From Mobula hypostoma (Eukaryota), in contig NC_086116.1 of assembly GCF_963921235.1 (NCBI RefSeq), positions 57,226,001-57,290,000 on the forward strand: a DNA stretch of 64,000 nt. The letters are read 5' to 3'. Position numbers and translations under genes: made by a program. Positions 26,681 through 39,741 of the stretch are shown piece after piece (position 1 is the stretch's first letter; each line of letters begins with the position of its first letter). Below the pieces are notes generated by a model. It had not been told where the DNA came from, did no database searches, and was given only the letters and a program-made list of their open reading frames with translations.

Positions 26681-28215
26681 CATGTGAGGCACCTTATCAA
26701 ATGCATTCTGAATATTTAGGTAAATGACATCAACTGCCTCCTCTTTGTCCACCCTACTTGTTACTTCCTCAAAGGATTCTAACAGATTTGTCAGGCAAGA
26801 CTTCCCTTTACAGAAACCATACTGACTTTGACTTATTTTATCATTAGTCTCCAAGTATCCTGAAACTTCGTCCTTAATAATGGACTGCAACACTTTCCCA
26901 ACCACTGAGGTTAGGCTAACTGGCCTATAATTTCCTCTCTTTTGTCTTCCTCCCTTCTTAAAGAGTGGAGTAACATTTGCAATTTTCTAGTCCTCTGGGA
27001 CCATACCAAAATCAAGTGATTCTTAGAAGATTATGGCCAATGCCTCCATTACTTTTTCAGGAACCTCTTTCAGGACTCTGGGATGTAGTCCATCTGGTCC
27101 AGGTGACTTATCCACTTTAAGATCTTTCTGTTTTCCTCACACTTTTTCTTTTGTAATAGCAATAGCACTCCTGTTCCCTGACACTCACGGACCTCTGGCA
27201 CACTGCTAGTGTCTTCCACAGTAAAGACTGAAGCAAAGTGCTTATTAAGTACATCTGCCATTTCTTTGAACCCCTTTACTAACTCATCAGCATCATTTCC
27301 CAGTGGTCCAACATTAACTCGTGCCTTCCATATGAGAGTGGTGGCGTAGGGGAACAGGTTGGGTCTGTTGTCTAGAAAGAAGCGGAAAGCTTTAAAGTCC
27401 TCCTGATGTGGGATGGAGATGTATAGGGACTGGACATTCATGGTGAAAAGGAGACAATTGGGGCCAGGGAAGTTGAAGTCATTGACAAGATTCAGAATGT
27501 GTGAAGTGTCATGGATGGAGGTAGGAAAGGACTGAACTCGGGGTTTAAACAGAGTGTGCAGATACAAGTTCAGTGGGACAGAAATAAGCAGAAACAACAG
27601 GTCTACTTGAGAGGCAGGTTTGTGGATCTTGGGTAGAAGGTAGAAACGGGGAGGTGTGGAGTAAGGTTGATGCCAGTGGATGGGAGATCACCAGAGTTAA
27701 TAAGGTCAATGATTGAAAGATGTAAACAAGGTTGAAAGAGTACGGAGAAAATTAACAAGGATTTTCTGGTCTGGAAGACCTGAGTAATAAGGAAAGATTG
27801 AATATGTTAGGACTGTATTCTTTAGAATGTAGAAGATTGAGAGGAGATTTGATATTGGTATACAAAATTATGAAACGTATAGATAGGGTAAATGCAAGCA
27901 GGCTTTTTCCACTGAGGTTGGGTGGGACTGAAACCAGAGGTCATGGATTAAGAGTGAAAGGTGTGAAGTTTAACGGGAACATGAAGGAAAGCTTCTTCAT
28001 TCAGAGGGCCATGAGAGTGTGGAGTGAGGTGCCAGCACAAGTGGTGCATGCAAGCTTGATTTCAATGTTTAAGAGAAGTGTGGATGAGTACATGGATAGT
28101 AGGAGTATGGAGGGCTAAGGTCCTGGTGTAGGTTGACGGGAGTAGGCAGCTTAAATGGTTTTGGCATGAACTAGATGGGCCAAAGGGCCTGTTTCTGTGC
28201 TGGACTTCTCCATGA
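26680..28215. mobile_element. CR1 fragments (minus ~26680-27315; plus 3' end ~27720-28215)
   Basis: QSQYGFCKGKSCLTNLL and LGLYSLECRRLRGDLI. Confidence 0.78.
27316..27720 (-). mobile_element. Penelope-like RT fragment
   Basis: Minus ORF reads LLFTMNVQSLYISIPH, matching PLE RT motif xFTxDVxSLYTSIPH. Confidence 0.75.
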
Positions 28216-28881
28216 CTTTTCAGAATACTGGAGTTTGGAACCATATCATTCTGAAATATTGTCAGAATGTTCAATCCTACCAGTGAGTAGATTGAGTGAC
28301 CAGAATTTGCCAGCACCAGGCAGCATAATGTCAGCAACTGAAATCTTCACCAAATTTTTCAGGAAAAGCTTTAGGAACTCCGCGCAAGTTCAGCTGGTAT
28401 AATTGTTGGGACCAAGTAATGGTTGAAGGGTAGGAGGGAGGATAGTTGGTGGTTGGGTAATAGTCATTGAGACCAGAGAGCGAGATGTTTCTGCAGTCTG
28501 GTAGTAACCCTGCTTAATTACATCATCTTCTGAGCATTATGGGGATGCTCACAGCATTTGCACAATGCAAATTCAAGCAAATGCTGGACTGACCACTGTC
28601 AAAGAAAGTTCCCATGAACCTGGCCCCTAAACAGACCATATGACTGAAGGCCAATTTCTACCCTCCTCTATTATATAAAGCATGCTGAACTTCCTTGCTG
28701 ATCCATTTAACAATTATAAAATAAATTTATTTATAAAATACTATGAAAAAGAAACAAACGCGTACCCTCCTATTCTCACAGTTTGCTACTGTCCTGAATC
28801 TCTGGTGTTCAAAGTCCCTATTAATAGGTTAATTAAACTAAGCAGTAGCAGTTTTGCACACACTTGTTCTATCCTCAAACA

Positions 28882-29425
28882 CAGGGGTCCCCAACCTTTT
28901 TTGCACCGCAGACCGGTTTAATATTGACAATATTCTTGCGGACCGGCTGACAAAGGGGTGGGGGGTGTTCAAGTAGGGTTGCCAACTTTCTCACTCCCAA
29001 ATAAGGGACAAAAGTAGCAGTCAAATACGGGACACTTGTGTTTACCCCGAGAAAGACTACCATGACCATGAAGTCTTACGTGGGCACCTGTGTGCGCATG
29101 AGTGTACGTGCCAATTTTTTTCTACAAATCGGTTTTGGCTTAATCTTCCCAATTCTGTTAAGTGAAACTACACTGTACATACATTATTTGTACTTTATAT
29201 AGGCTGTGTATTTATCATACCATTCCTGCTTTTACTATATGTTAGTGTAAGTTTAGGTTTTATGTGTTATTTGGTATGATTTGGTAGGTTATTTCAAGTT
29301 CAACAGTGCGTGACAGGGAATGAGGAAAGGTGCAGCTGACTCATATCGTTTCATATCGCCAAATCATATCATTTCCTCGCGGCCCGGTAGCACATGCTTT
29401 GCGGCCCGGTGATTGGGGACCACTG
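28882..29425. mobile_element. hAT MITE, internally deleted member of the same family as 3864-6209
   Basis: Same left arm (caggggtccccaaccttttttgcacc...) and right arm (...ggggaccactg); TSD ctcaaaca/ttcaaaca (7/8). Confidence 0.88.
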
Positions 29426-29609
29426 TTCAAACAATTGAATAATATTCAGGCTACATACACAAATTATTGAACAGAATTAAATGGTGTGATTTAAGTTCCT
29501 GAAGCTGAGTTTCAAAATATTCACTTGTTTGAACAAAAGTGATTGGATGGCTATAGTAGATGCTTGTCTGTCAAGCATTGCCTTTATTCAAAATATATAC
29601 GAAGGGTAC

Positions 29610-30100
29610 AACTTTCTATTTAGAAACATAGAAAACCTACAGCACAATACAGGCCCTTCCGCCCACAATGCTTTGCCAAACAGGTACTTACTTTAGAAAT
29701 TACCTCGTGTTACCCATAGCCCTCTATTTTTCTAAGCTCGATGTACCTGTCCAGGAGCCTCCTAAAAGACCCTATTGTATCTGTGTCCACCACCGTTGCC
29801 GGCAGCCCATTCCACACACTCACCACTCTCTGCGTAAAAAACTTACCCCTGACATCTCCTCTGTACCTACTTCCAAGCACCTTAAATCTGTGTCCTCTCC
29901 TGTTAGCCATTTCAGCCCTGGGAAAAAGCCTCTGACTATCCACACGATCAATGCCTCTCATCATCTTATACCACCTCTATCAGGTCACCTCTCATCCTCC
30001 GCCACTCCAAGGAGACAAGGCCAAGTTCACCCAACCTATTCTCATAAGGCATGCTCGCCAATCCAGGCAATATCCTTGTAAATCTCCTCTGCACCCTTTC
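29610..30100 (-). mobile_element. CR1 3' end
   Basis: MRGIDRVDSQRLFPRAEM...KFFTQRVVSVWN. Confidence 0.85.
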
Positions 30101-31949
30101 TATATTTGCTAAAGCCCCTTCAAACACAAATAATGAAACTATCGGGTAAGACATAGCAATTAAAGTAAATGAAATACAGGTGATAACCATAACAAAATTA
30201 TAAAAATATTTCAGAATCTCACCATTGGTGGTACAAAGATAACTCTAATCATTCAACACTCAGGCTTAAATTTGTTGAAAACTAGTTGTCTCTCGACAAG
30301 ATGTGGATTACTTAACAAGATGTGATTACTTAACAAGACCTGAATACAAGCCAAGCATCAGAGCTCAGCCAAATTTGTTGGTTGATGGAAGACAATAAGG
30401 CAAAGAGACATCATCATCTCAATTTCATCGGGTGACATTGTCAGACCCTAACTGAGCCTCATGGAAATGTATTCATCCTGTGGTGTAAGAATTGCTGTAT
30501 CTTCTTCCTTTTCCTCTTGCTGATCGCTTTACAGAGAATGCATCTTCTTTGGCATGTCAAGTGAACTTTTGCAGGAATGAATGCAGTGTGGTGGAGTGCG
30601 CAGCAGATGACCACCATTCTTGATCTATTAGCTGCTGCATATTGAAGAACTTCACCGGCCAGTTTCAGCATTCCAGTCCAGGAGTTGCCGCTGCCCAGGT
30701 TGGACTTCAGGTCATAATATTGGTGTAACTGACTCAGGAATACAAAAGCAGAAGGCATACGAGAATCAATATAATCTCCCACTTACATACACCTCAACCT
30801 TCATCACTGTCTCTGGATCAAATTTTGGGACACCTTAGCTAATAGCTAAGGAAGCCAGATCAGCTGCTCTGCTTCCCACTTTATAACACTTACCACCTTG
30901 ATTAAAAGTATCTTCTACAGAAATACCACAAGTGCCTGCTTATGCTTATAATTGAAGAATTCAATCCTTTTAAAAACTGAGATTGTACAGATTTGGTTGC
31001 ATAAATCTGTTATTGTAAGCAATTGAACTAAGCCTTCAAAATCTCAATTTTATTTTTATTGCTTTACCATGCTTTAGTACACCGACCATGTTTGGTATTG
31101 AGACTATTTCACAGCACTTTAACAATATATTTATTTGGAAGCATTCCTGAGCTTTTGATTTATTTCCAGCTCACTCTGCTACCTGCTAAGTGTAGTACCG
31201 TCAGAATTATTGCTTTTATTTTAAGCAGTATTTCATGAATTGTCAATATGTTTTAAATGCATTTTCAAACAAAGATTAAAAACTCTGCTTTTCATCACTT
31301 CTTTCTGATATGTACATAAAACAAGGCGATGGCACATCAGAAAACTAATCTGCTTAACTGTGGGCAGTGGTAATTTTACCTTTGTTTTGTTGAAAGAACT
31401 GTGACTTTTCATAGCTTCAAAAGCAAAGTCTATACCACATGCAAATTTATCACAATTAGTTTCTCTTTCTGCTAAGTTCAATGTTGTAATGTGTCCCAAT
31501 GCAGATGAATGAGGAAACTCATGTATAATATTGAAATTTCCTGACATCAGTGAAGGTATAGCAAAATTTAGCAGAGGAGGTCTAATTTTACAATCATTTA
31601 TGCCTAATTAAGAGAGTCATAGAAGTCACAGATTATTACAGCACAGAAACAGGCTGTTCCCCCATCTAGTTTGTGCTGAACTATTATTTTGCCTACTGCC
31701 ATCGATTTGCACCTGGACCATAGCCCTCCATATCCGTCCCATCCATCTAAATTTCTCTTAAATGTTGAAATCGAATCCATATCCAACCACTTCCGCCCGC
31801 AATTTGTTCCACATACTCACCACCCTCTGAGTCGCACATGACCTCAGTGGAAAAAGCCTGCTTGCATTTACTCCGGCATAAAGTATAAAACTAAGACATT
31901 GAAGGCTAAATTCAGGAGCCCACAAAAGCAGATTAAAATTTTAAAGATT

Positions 31950-33400
31950 CTAGCTTAGATAAAGCAGTGGCCGATTGGCAGGAGGCAAAGAGTGTGAATA
32001 AAGGGAGCCTTTTCTGGTTAGCTGCCATTGACTAGTGGTGTTCCACAGGGTTCTCAGTTGGGACCGATTCTTTTTACACTATATGTCAATGATTTGGATG
32101 ATAGAATTGATGGCTTTGTTGCAAAGTTTGCAGATGATATGAAGGTAGGTGGAGGGGCAGGTAGTTATGAGGAAGTAGAGAGGCTATAGAAGGACTTAAA
32201 TGGACTAGGAGAATGGACAAAGAAATGGAAGATGGAATACAGTGTTCGGAAGTGTATGACCATGCACTTTGATAGAAGTAATTAAAGGGTTGACTATTTT
32301 CTAAATGGGGAGAATGTAAAAGCGAGGATGTAAAGTTGAGACTTTGTAAAGCACTGGTGAGGCCTCGCGTGGAGTATTGTGAGCAGGTTTGGGCCCCTTA
32401 TCTTGGAAAGAATGTGCTGAAACTAGAGAGGGTTCAAAGGAGGTTCACAAAAATGATTCCAGGATTGAACAGCTTGTCATATGAAGAGTGTTTGATGTCT
32501 CTGGGCCTGTATTCACTGGAATTCAGAAGAATGAGGGGTGACCTCATTGAAACCTATCAAATGGTGAAATGCCTCGATAGAGTGGATGTGGAGAGGATGT
32601 TTCCTATGGTGGGAGAGTCTATGACCAGAGAACACAGCCTCAGAAAAGAGGGGTGCCCTTTTAGAACGAAGATGAGGAGGAGTTTCTTTAGCCAGTGCAC
32701 AGTGAATCTTTGCCACAGGCAGCTGTGGATGCCAAGTCTTTATGTATATTTAAGGCAGAGGTTGATAGATTCTTGATTAGTCAGGGCATGAAATGATATG
32801 AGGAGAAGTCAAGAGATGGGGCTGAGAGGAAAATTCAATTCAAAAAACTTTATTGCCATTCTAACCGTACATCAGCTCTGCAGGGCAGAATGAGACAGTG
32901 TTTCCCAGGAGCAGTGCAATCATAACATAACAAACGCAACACTAAATAATAAACATAACAATAAATAGTAAAACACAACAGCCACATGTCAGTTAAAATC
33001 AAGTTATAAGTGTCCAGTGCAAGTTAAAAGTGTCCAAAGCAGAGTCAGGTAGAGCAGCTGTTTAGCAGTCTGACTGCCTGTGGGAGGAAGCTGTTTAGTA
33101 GCCTTGTGGGTTTAGTTTTGATGCTCCTGTAACGTTCGCCTGATGGCAGAAGAACAAACAGTTCATGGAGAGGGTGTGAGGGATCTTTAATGATGTACCG
33201 TGTCTTCTGGAGGCATCGATTCTGAAAGAGGTCTTGGACAGAAGGTAGAGAGATACCAATAACCTTCTCTGCTCCCCTAACTACCCTCTGCAAGGCTTTT
33301 TTGTCGACTGCACTGGATCAAATTGGATCAGCCATGATGAAATATCAGAGCAGACTTCATAGGCCAAATGGCCTAATTCTGCTCCTATATCTTATGGTCT
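31950..33400 (+). mobile_element. CR1 3' part with an L2 3' fragment inserted on the minus strand (32836-33319)
   Basis: CR1 motifs; the insertion is flanked by an aaatt duplication. The minus ORF 33045-33293 is an L2-type C-terminus. Confidence 0.8.
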
Positions 33401-33558
33401 TATTTCAGGAGATGCTGCAGATGCAGAGATTTAGACCAACCAGTTTGTGAACTGATCTTAGTGGCATGATTTAAAGCAGGGTAATGTAAATCTATTCAGC
33501 TCTCCCGGGCAACCATTGACTGTGGATAACCTAGGAAACCAGAACTCAGTCCCATATT

Positions 33559-33830
33559 GGCATGGTAGTGTAGTGGTTAGCACAACGCCCAACAGTTCAG
33601 ATGACTTGGGTTCAATTCCTACCGCTGTCCGTAAGGATTTTGTACGTTCTCTCCGTGACCGTGAGGGTTTCCTCCGGGTGCTCTGGTTTCCTCCCACAGT
33701 CCAAGAATGTACCAGTTGGTAGGTTAATGGGTGATTGTAAATTGTCCCGTGGATTGGAGGATTGTTGGGTGGTGTGGCTCGAAGGGCCGGAAGGGCCTGT
33801 TCCCCACTGTATCTCAATAAATAAATAAAA
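33559..33830 (+). mobile_element. tRNA-derived V-SINE (HE1-like)
   Basis: A box tggtagtgtagtgg, B box gggttcaattcc, V-domain gggtttcctccgggtgctctggtttcctcccaca, LINE-like tail and (AAAT)n end. Confidence 0.85.
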
Positions 33831-33850
33831 ACTGAGGTTGCCATTTTGAT

Positions 33851-36805
33851 TCAGCCACCCACTCACCCAATGGATAACCGAACAACTCGCTTCCCGTTCA
33901 GCGACCCACTCACCCAATGGATAACCGAACAACTCACTTCCCGTTCAGCGACCCACTCACCCAATGGATAACCGAACAACTCGCTTCCCGTTCAGCGACC
34001 CACTCACCCAATGGATAACCGAACTCGCTTCCCGTTCAGCGACCCACTCACCCAATGGATAACCGAACAACTCACTTCCCGTTCAGCGACCCACTCACCC
34101 AATGGATAACTCCAACAACTCGCTTCCCGTTCAGCCACCCACTCACCCAATAGATAACCCCAACAACTCGCTTCCCGTTCAGCGACCCACTCACCCAATG
34201 GATAACCGAACAACTCACTTCCCGTTCAGCGACCCACTCACCCAATGGATAACCCCAACAACTCACTTCCCGTTCAGCCACTCACTCACCCAATGGATAA
34301 CCCCAACAACTCACTTCCCGTTCAGCGACCCACTCACCCAATGGATAACCCCAACAACTCACTTCCCGTTCAGACACCCACTCATCCAATGGATAACCCC
34401 AACAACTCGCTTCCCGTTCAGCGACCCACTCACCCAATGGATAACCCCAACAACTCGCTTCCCGTTCAGCGACCCACTCACCCAATGGATAACCGAACAA
34501 CTCACTTCCCGTTCAGCGACCCACTCACCCAATGGATAACCGAACAACTCACTTCCCGTTCAGCGACCCACTCACCCAATGGATAACCGAACAACTCACT
34601 TCCCGTTCAGCGACCCACTCACCCAATGGATAACCCCAACAACTCACTTCCCGTTCAGCCACTCACTCACCCAATGGATAACCGAACAACTCACTTCCCG
34701 TTCAGCGACCCACTCACCCAATGGATAACCCCAACAACTCACTTCCCGTTCAGCGACCCACTCACCCAATGGATAACCCCAACAACTCACTTCCCGTTCA
34801 GCGACCCACTCACCCAATGGATAACCGAACAACTCACTTCCCGTTCAGCGACCCACTCACCCAATGGATAACCCCAACAACTCACTTCACGTTCAGCGAC
34901 CCACTCACCCAATGGATAACCGAACAACTCACTTCCCGTTCAGCGACCCACTCACCCAATGGATAACCCCAACAACTCACTTCCCATTCAGCCACTCACT
35001 CACCCAATGGATAACCCCAACAACTCACTTCCCGTTCAGCGACCTACTCACCCAATGGATAACCCCAACAACTCACTTCCCGTTCAGACACCCACTCACC
35101 CAATGGATAACCCCAACAACTCGCTTCCCGTTCAGCGACCCACTCACCCAATGGATAACCCCAACAACTCGCTTCCCGTTCAGCGACCCACTCACCCAAT
35201 GGATAACCGAACAACTCGCTTCCCGTTCAGCCACCCATTCACCCAATGGATAACCGAACAACTCACTTCCCGTTCAGCGACCCACTCACCCAATGGATAA
35301 CCGAACAACTCACTTCCCGTTCAGTGACCCACTCACCCAATGGATAACCCCAACAACTCGCTTCCCGTTCAGCGACCCACTCACCCAATGGATAACCCGA
35401 ACAACTCACTTCCCGTTCAGCGACCCACTCACCCAATGGATAACCCCAACAACTCACTTCCCGTTCAGCAACCCACTCACCCAATGGATAACAGAACAAC
35501 TCGCTTCCCGTTCAGCGACCCACTCACCCAATGGATAACAGAACAACTCGCTTCCCGTTCAGCGACCCACTCACCCAATGGATAACCCCAACAACTCACT
35601 TCCCGTTCAGCGACCCACTCACCCAATGGATAACCCCAACAACTCACTTCCCGTTCAGCGACCCACTCACCCAATGGATAACCCCAACAACTCACTTCCC
35701 GTTCAGCCACCCACTGACCCAATGGATAACCAAACAACTCACTTCCTGTTCAGCGACCCACTCACCCAATGGATAACTCCAACAACTCACTTCCCGTTCA
35801 GCGACCCACTCACCCAATGGATAACCCCAACAACTCACTTCCCGTTCAGCCACTCACTCACCCAATGGATAACCCCAACAACTCACTTCCCGTTCAGCGA
35901 CCCACTCACCCAATGGATAACCCCAACAACTCGCTTCCCGTTCAGCGACCCGCTCACCCAATGGATAACCCGAACAACTCATTTCCCGTTCAGCGACCCA
36001 CTCACCCAATGGATAACCCCAACAACTCACTTCCCGTTCAGCAACCCACTCACCCAATGGATAACAGAACAACTCGCTTCCCGTTCAGCGACCCACTCAC
36101 CCAATGGATAACAGAACAACTCGCTTCCCGTTCAGCGACCCACTCACCCAATGGATAACCCCAACAACTCACTTCCCGTTCAGCGACCCACTCACCCAAT
36201 GGATAACCCCAACAACTCACTTCCCGTTCAGCGACCCACTCACCCAATGGATAACCCCAACAACTCACTTCCCGTTCAGCCACCCACTGACCCAATGGAT
36301 AACCGAACAACTCACTTCCTGTTCAGCGACCCACTCACCCAATGGATAACTCCAACAACTCACTTCCCGTTCAGCGACCCACTCACCCAATGGATAACCC
36401 CAACAACTCACTTCCCGTTCAGCCACTCACTCACCCAATGGATAACCCCAACAACTCACTTCCCGTTCAGCGACCCACTCACCCAATGGATAACCCCAAC
36501 AACTCACTTCCCGTCCAGCGACCCACTCACCCAATGGATAACCGAACAACTCACTTCACGTTCAGCGACCCACTCACCCAATGGATAACCGAACAACTCA
36601 CTTCCCGTTCAGCGACCCACTCACCCAATGGATAACCCCAACAACTCACTTCCTGTTCAGCGACCCACTCACCCAATGGATAACCCCAACAACTCACTTC
36701 CCGTTCAGCGACCCACTCACCCAATGGATAACCCCAACAACTCGCTTCCCGTTCAGCGACCCACTCACCCAATGGATAACCCCAACAACTCGCTTCCTGT
36801 GCAGT
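33851..36805. repeat. Tandem satellite, 47/48-bp unit, about 62 copies
   Basis: Unit CCACTCACCCAATGGATAACC(G/CC)AACAACTC(A/G)CTTCCCGTTCAGCGAC repeated head-to-tail with no unique spacers. Confidence 0.98.
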
Positions 36806-39524
36806 CACTACACCTATTCAAGTTGCCCATGACTGCAGCAGGTTGCTGACACAAATCACATTAAAGGGACCCCAACTATACATACATTCATTTGATTTTC
36901 ATTATGTTGTTATAAGAAAGAAAAAAGAAGCATTGTACTTAAGGACATTGCTGGTTGTGGTTAAGTTGATGTTGCTTCACAATAAAAACGTTTCAAGTCA
37001 AGTTTTGACCATAACTGCTGATACAGTACATAGTAAAAACAAGACAACGTTTTTCAGGACCATGGTGCTACATGAACAATACAAAAACTAAACTGAACTA
37101 CGTAAAACAACACAAAACTACTCTAGACTACAGACCTACCCAGGACTGCATAAAGTGCACAAAACAGTGCAGGCTTTACAATAAATAATAAACAAGACAA
37201 TAAGCACAGTAGAGGGCAATAGGTTGGTGTCAGTCCAGGCTCTGGGTATTGAGGAGTCTGATGACTTGGGGGAAGAGACTGTTACATAGTCTGGTCGTGA
37301 GAGCCCGGACTTTGAATTTGAAACATTAAAGGGACCCCAATATTGCGAGGGGTCAGCACAGCTTAAGCTAATGTTAGGCTGCATCTCTGAAAGTGGAGGC
37401 ACTTTTTCAGGTATTGTAAAGCTTAGTCTCATATGTTTGACACTGAGGTTGGCACTATACAGGGGAGAGCACACTCCAAGGTTTACAGAGGGTTATTATC
37501 ATTGACGTATCTTGTGAAATTTGCTGTTTCATGGCAGCAGCACAGCACAAAACATCAAAATTACTATAAGTTATAAAAATAAATAAATAAACAAACAGTG
37601 CAAAGGGGGAATAGCAAGGTATTGTTCAGGAGTTCACAGACCTTTGGGGAATCTGTTGGTGGAGAAGTTACTTTGGGCAGATGGGGCTCGTCAGCCAGGG
37701 TTGACAGCTCATCAAACCTCCACTACCTTGCGACTGTACCCACTCATGGGGAGGGCTTCAGGAATAAACCCAGAGGGAAAAATCCAGAGCTGGTGTCCCT
37801 ACATTGGATTCAATGCTGACCGGCATCTCCTGCGATGCAGCTGGTGCCAAACCATCATTCTCTGCTGTTCCTTTGGGGTCATCAGATATATGGAGAGGGG
37901 CCACTTGCTACATAGGCAACAGCTTGCTCTCCATATTGTACTGCCCAGGCTTGCGTATCTAGACAGCCAGGACACAACATCCATGTTCGACCCTGACCAA
38001 CAGAGGCCTCTCTCCTCTGTCGATTTTAATGCATTTCCATCCATTTGTTGGGCCATGTTGAAAAGGAATGCTTCCTGTTTTAAAAATAAGGTATAAATGC
38101 AACAGCATTGTACAGGGAAATGACAACTGGTCAAAACTTATATGTAAGGAAATCCAAAATTGAGATATAACCGTGAAATATGTGGGTAAGTCATGAGGCA
38201 GCTTACGCTTCATTCCGGTTTTAGGGTTTTTCAGATGTATGAAGCAGATGGGAGGAAAATTACATTGTTTTCCTTTGCAAGGGATCATAAAGCATGTACA
38301 ACTTGGCTGAACTGATTTGCTTCAGAAAACAAATCAAACTGCTGATGCAAAGAGAGAAATGCTGGAAGAATTCAGCCAGTTAAGCAATATTTGTGAAGAG
38401 GGAAACAGGTTAACGTTTTGGGCCAGAGATCCTTTCGATGAAAATGCTGATTGGGGAAAAAGTTCTTCCAGCATTTTGATGGCATTGGGGGCCCACTGGT
38501 ACACAGTCTGATGCAACACTTCCTTATGTAATTGGAAAGAATACATGTGGTAAGACACTCAAGAGTTCCATTGCTCAATTTCATGTGCCTGATTATTCCC
38601 CATTCTCCTTTTTCATTTATCCAGTCTGGCCATTCCCTTTTCTCCCTTCTCCTTTCTGGGAGATGACATAGGAGCTTAATTTGTGCATAATTACATCATT
38701 TTAAGATAGTATGTTTTGCTAGTTGCTAATAAAGGATCAAATACATTTCTTCGACTTTGTGGAACATCATTCCTAGAGTGATTGGAGGGCGCATCATACA
38801 AAGATAACAACATGTGCTAGGTCGCCAGTGGCAGCAATTGGTTTGTTAGAATTGTCCGCTACAACTATGTTTAGCTGTTTACTCTGAGCTTTAAATGAGC
38901 AAGGAATTTCATTACATTCTGGTGCATATGACAAAAAAAATTAATCTAAATTTGAAAGCACAATGTGAGTCCTATAACAAAATTCATTCTGTCACCTTTT
39001 TGCAAACATAGCAAAATTATCATAGCAATTATTGACCAGATCAGTAGTAACAACAGAAGAAAAAGGAATAAAACTAAGTGGAAATAATTTTATTCAAAAT
39101 GCTGCTCCAGATCTCCAGTGAAGATTTTTTCAAACTACTTCGATAAACAGCGAACTCCCCAGCTGCCTTTAGAGGGGAAGGTGGTTGCATCATCATAGTT
39201 ACTGGACTGCAAGTAATGTTGGTCAAATCAGTCTCTGGTTGTCTTTTCTGGGGAAATAGACAACATGGCATGACATTGTGTGGAAGGTGTGAACTTGTCC
39301 GAATGAAATGCATGATACATGTACAATTCAGCCCACAAACTGGTAGGCAGGAAGCCCTGAATTCTGAACATTAATTGATGGATTAAATATTATTTTTTAA
39401 AATTATCATATTGACATGTGCAAGAGATTATCCTGCAAGTTTGTTTAATGTAAGTTACTTGCATAGCCTCACCAAAAGCTCCTTTGTCACTTTCAATCTA
39501 TCTTTTGTGAGAAACACAGCAATC

Positions 39525-39655
39525 ATATATGCCCACCCCTTTTTGCATAAAAGCAAGTGGTCAAGCAATAGCTGCAACTTTTATACGCATATGCTTTCCC
39601 CCTATTGGTCCATGTCTCGTGATTTACAAGAAATCGGGTGAGCTGTGCTGGGTAT
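39525..39655 (+). promoter_or_regulatory. Putative proximal promoter of the Ig receptor gene
   Basis: GC/CACCC-like gcccacccc at 39531, octamer-like TTTTGCAT (39541-39548, 7/8 match to ATTTGCAT), TATA-like cataaaag (39546-39553) and inverted CCAAT (attgg, ~39604), all just upstream of the leader ATG. Confidence 0.35.
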
Positions 39656-39692
39656 GCTGAGAATTTCACAATTCGCTGGTGATTCCTGTCTG

Positions 39693-39741
39693 ATGGAGCC
39701 TTTATTTTACCTATTCCTACAGCTGCTGACACCTTGTGCAG
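39693..39741 (+). CDS. Exon 1: signal peptide MEPLFYLFLQLLTPCA (an in-frame upstream ATG at 39654 would add MLRISQFAGDSCL)
   Basis: ATG, 16 codons with a hydrophobic core, then GCAG|gtatga phase-1 donor. The 49-nt length is typical of Ig leader exons. Confidence 0.8.

Noticed and set aside
385-33400. Short ORFs as host genes
   Set aside because: Nearly all map to frameshifted CR1, L2, RTE or PLE ORF2 fragments or their antisense strands.
33559-33640. tRNA gene
   Set aside because: It has A and B boxes but runs straight into a V-domain and LINE-like tail, so it is a SINE head.
33851-36805. CRISPR array
   Set aside because: Units are contiguous with no unique spacers, there are no cas genes, and the context is eukaryotic. 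It is a satellite.
34004-36849. Many ORFs such as MDNPNNSLPVQRPTHP and MFGYPLGEWVAERE
   Set aside because: Translations of the satellite on both strands with frames shifting at 47-bp units; no coding evidence.
37959-39313. Minus-strand exons at ~38000-38098 and ~39074-39250
   Set aside because: Acceptor-like sites are present, but there are no convincing donors or recognisable protein, and the region merges into L2 sequence.
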